From a virus: a stretch of 37,242 nucleotides of DNA. The first letter of the stretch is position 1; every line of letters starts with the position of its first letter. The DNA lies in the UHGV virus genome UHGV-1405961. One strand, given 5' to 3'. Under the pieces are notes generated by a model. It ran no database searches and was not told the origin of the DNA. It was given only the letters and a program-made list of their open reading frames with translations. The translations under genes were made by a program, and so were the position numbers. Below, piece by piece: positions 36,674 through 37,242 of the stretch.

Positions 36674-36912
36674 TGTACGACAAATATCACCTTAGCCGAT
36701 GCGATGCCATGGAATGGCTTGCTGAGCACTATCCTGTATTTCCTGCGTCAATGCCTGATGTTCCGATGCGTATCGAATGGTGCAGCGAAAACCTGTTTAA
36801 GGGGTGGAGTTTCGTTATCTTGCTCGATGGTTCACTGGTCTTTGCTGACTGCCTGTCACCTCCCATCCGGGCAGAAGACATGGCTGGCTTCAAACTGCCT
36901 GAGTTGACATAG
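36670..36912 (+). CDS. Hypothetical protein
   Basis: ~80-aa ORF from ATGATG at 36670/36673 with AGGAGG just upstream (the track ORF begins further upstream at 36586). Confidence 0.45.
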   Translation: MMYDKYHLSRCDAMEWLAEHYPVFPASMPDVPMRIEWCSENLFKGWSFVILLDGSLVFADCLSPPIRAEDMAGFKLPELT

Positions 36913-36955
36913 CTACCATACAAGCGATATGGGGATTCACATATCGACCCGCCCA

Positions 36956-36980
36956 GGGCCTCTTCGGAGGCCTTTCTCTT
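36956..36980 (+). terminator. Rho-independent terminator ending the DUF551 gene block
   Basis: GGGCCTCTTCGGAGGCC followed by TTTCTCTT. Confidence 0.6.
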
Positions 36981-37162
36981 GAGTTGATTTTGTTGAATCA
37001 ACCGTCCATACTTTCTTTGCTGACGGCCTGAACACCCGGCGGTGACTTCTGCGCATTTAAGGGGACTTAAATGCGACCACAATCTGAACTCCTCACCTTG
37101 TCACAGATGCAGAAATGCACCTGCGATTTTCTGCATTCTGCGTTACCTCTCGGAGGTGGCGT

Positions 37163-37242
37163 ATGAAACAGCCTGTTTTCTACCTCCGCGACGAACGCGT
37201 TCGCGATAACCTCATCGACTACATCAGGAAGCTGCCTGTTAA
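37163..37242 (+). CDS. 5' end of an ORF running off the window (MKQPVFYLRDERVRDNLIDYIRKLPV...)
   Basis: ATG at 37163 preceded by GGAGGTGG; open to the window edge; function not recognisable from 26 aa. Confidence 0.3.
   Translation, partial: MKQPVFYLRDERVRDNLIDYIRKLPV

Noticed and set aside
36729-37082. Minus-strand 117-aa ORF spanning the right-end non-coding region
   Set aside because: It runs antisense through a rho-independent terminator and several hairpins, has no ribosome-binding site, and overlaps the 3' end of a plus-strand gene.

Overview
The window is almost entirely one mosaic lambdoid, P22-like (podovirus-type) phage or prophage of an enterobacterial host, read here with the late operon on the minus strand and the pL (early-left) operon on the plus strand. 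All protein identities below are from my own reading and memory of the translations plus gene order; no database search was run. From left to right: a partial integrase-like 3' end (1-152); the tailspike and the immI module (ant-arc-mnt with both operators); a divergent two-gene moron; the P22-type ejection proteins, tail needle, head-completion proteins, coat, scaffold, portal and terminase; a lambda-type lysis cassette (Rz/Rz1, R, S); the late promoter pR' with antiterminator Q; a nin region containing an HNH endonuclease; a DnaB-like helicase and an O-like initiator with internal ori iterons; a lambda-type cII/nutR/cro/OR/cI/OL/nutL/N immunity region; then early-left genes (cIII, kil-like, Erf, SSB, DUF551 and small unknowns). 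No rRNA, tRNA or CRISPR array was found, and no canonical multi-gene defence system is recognisable. The best candidates for undescribed biology are three accessory insertions at known lambdoid moron positions: an AT-rich membrane protein divergent from a PEGA-like lipoprotein in the sieA slot, a small membrane protein co-transcribed with cI in the rex slot, and a two-gene insert between cII and O.
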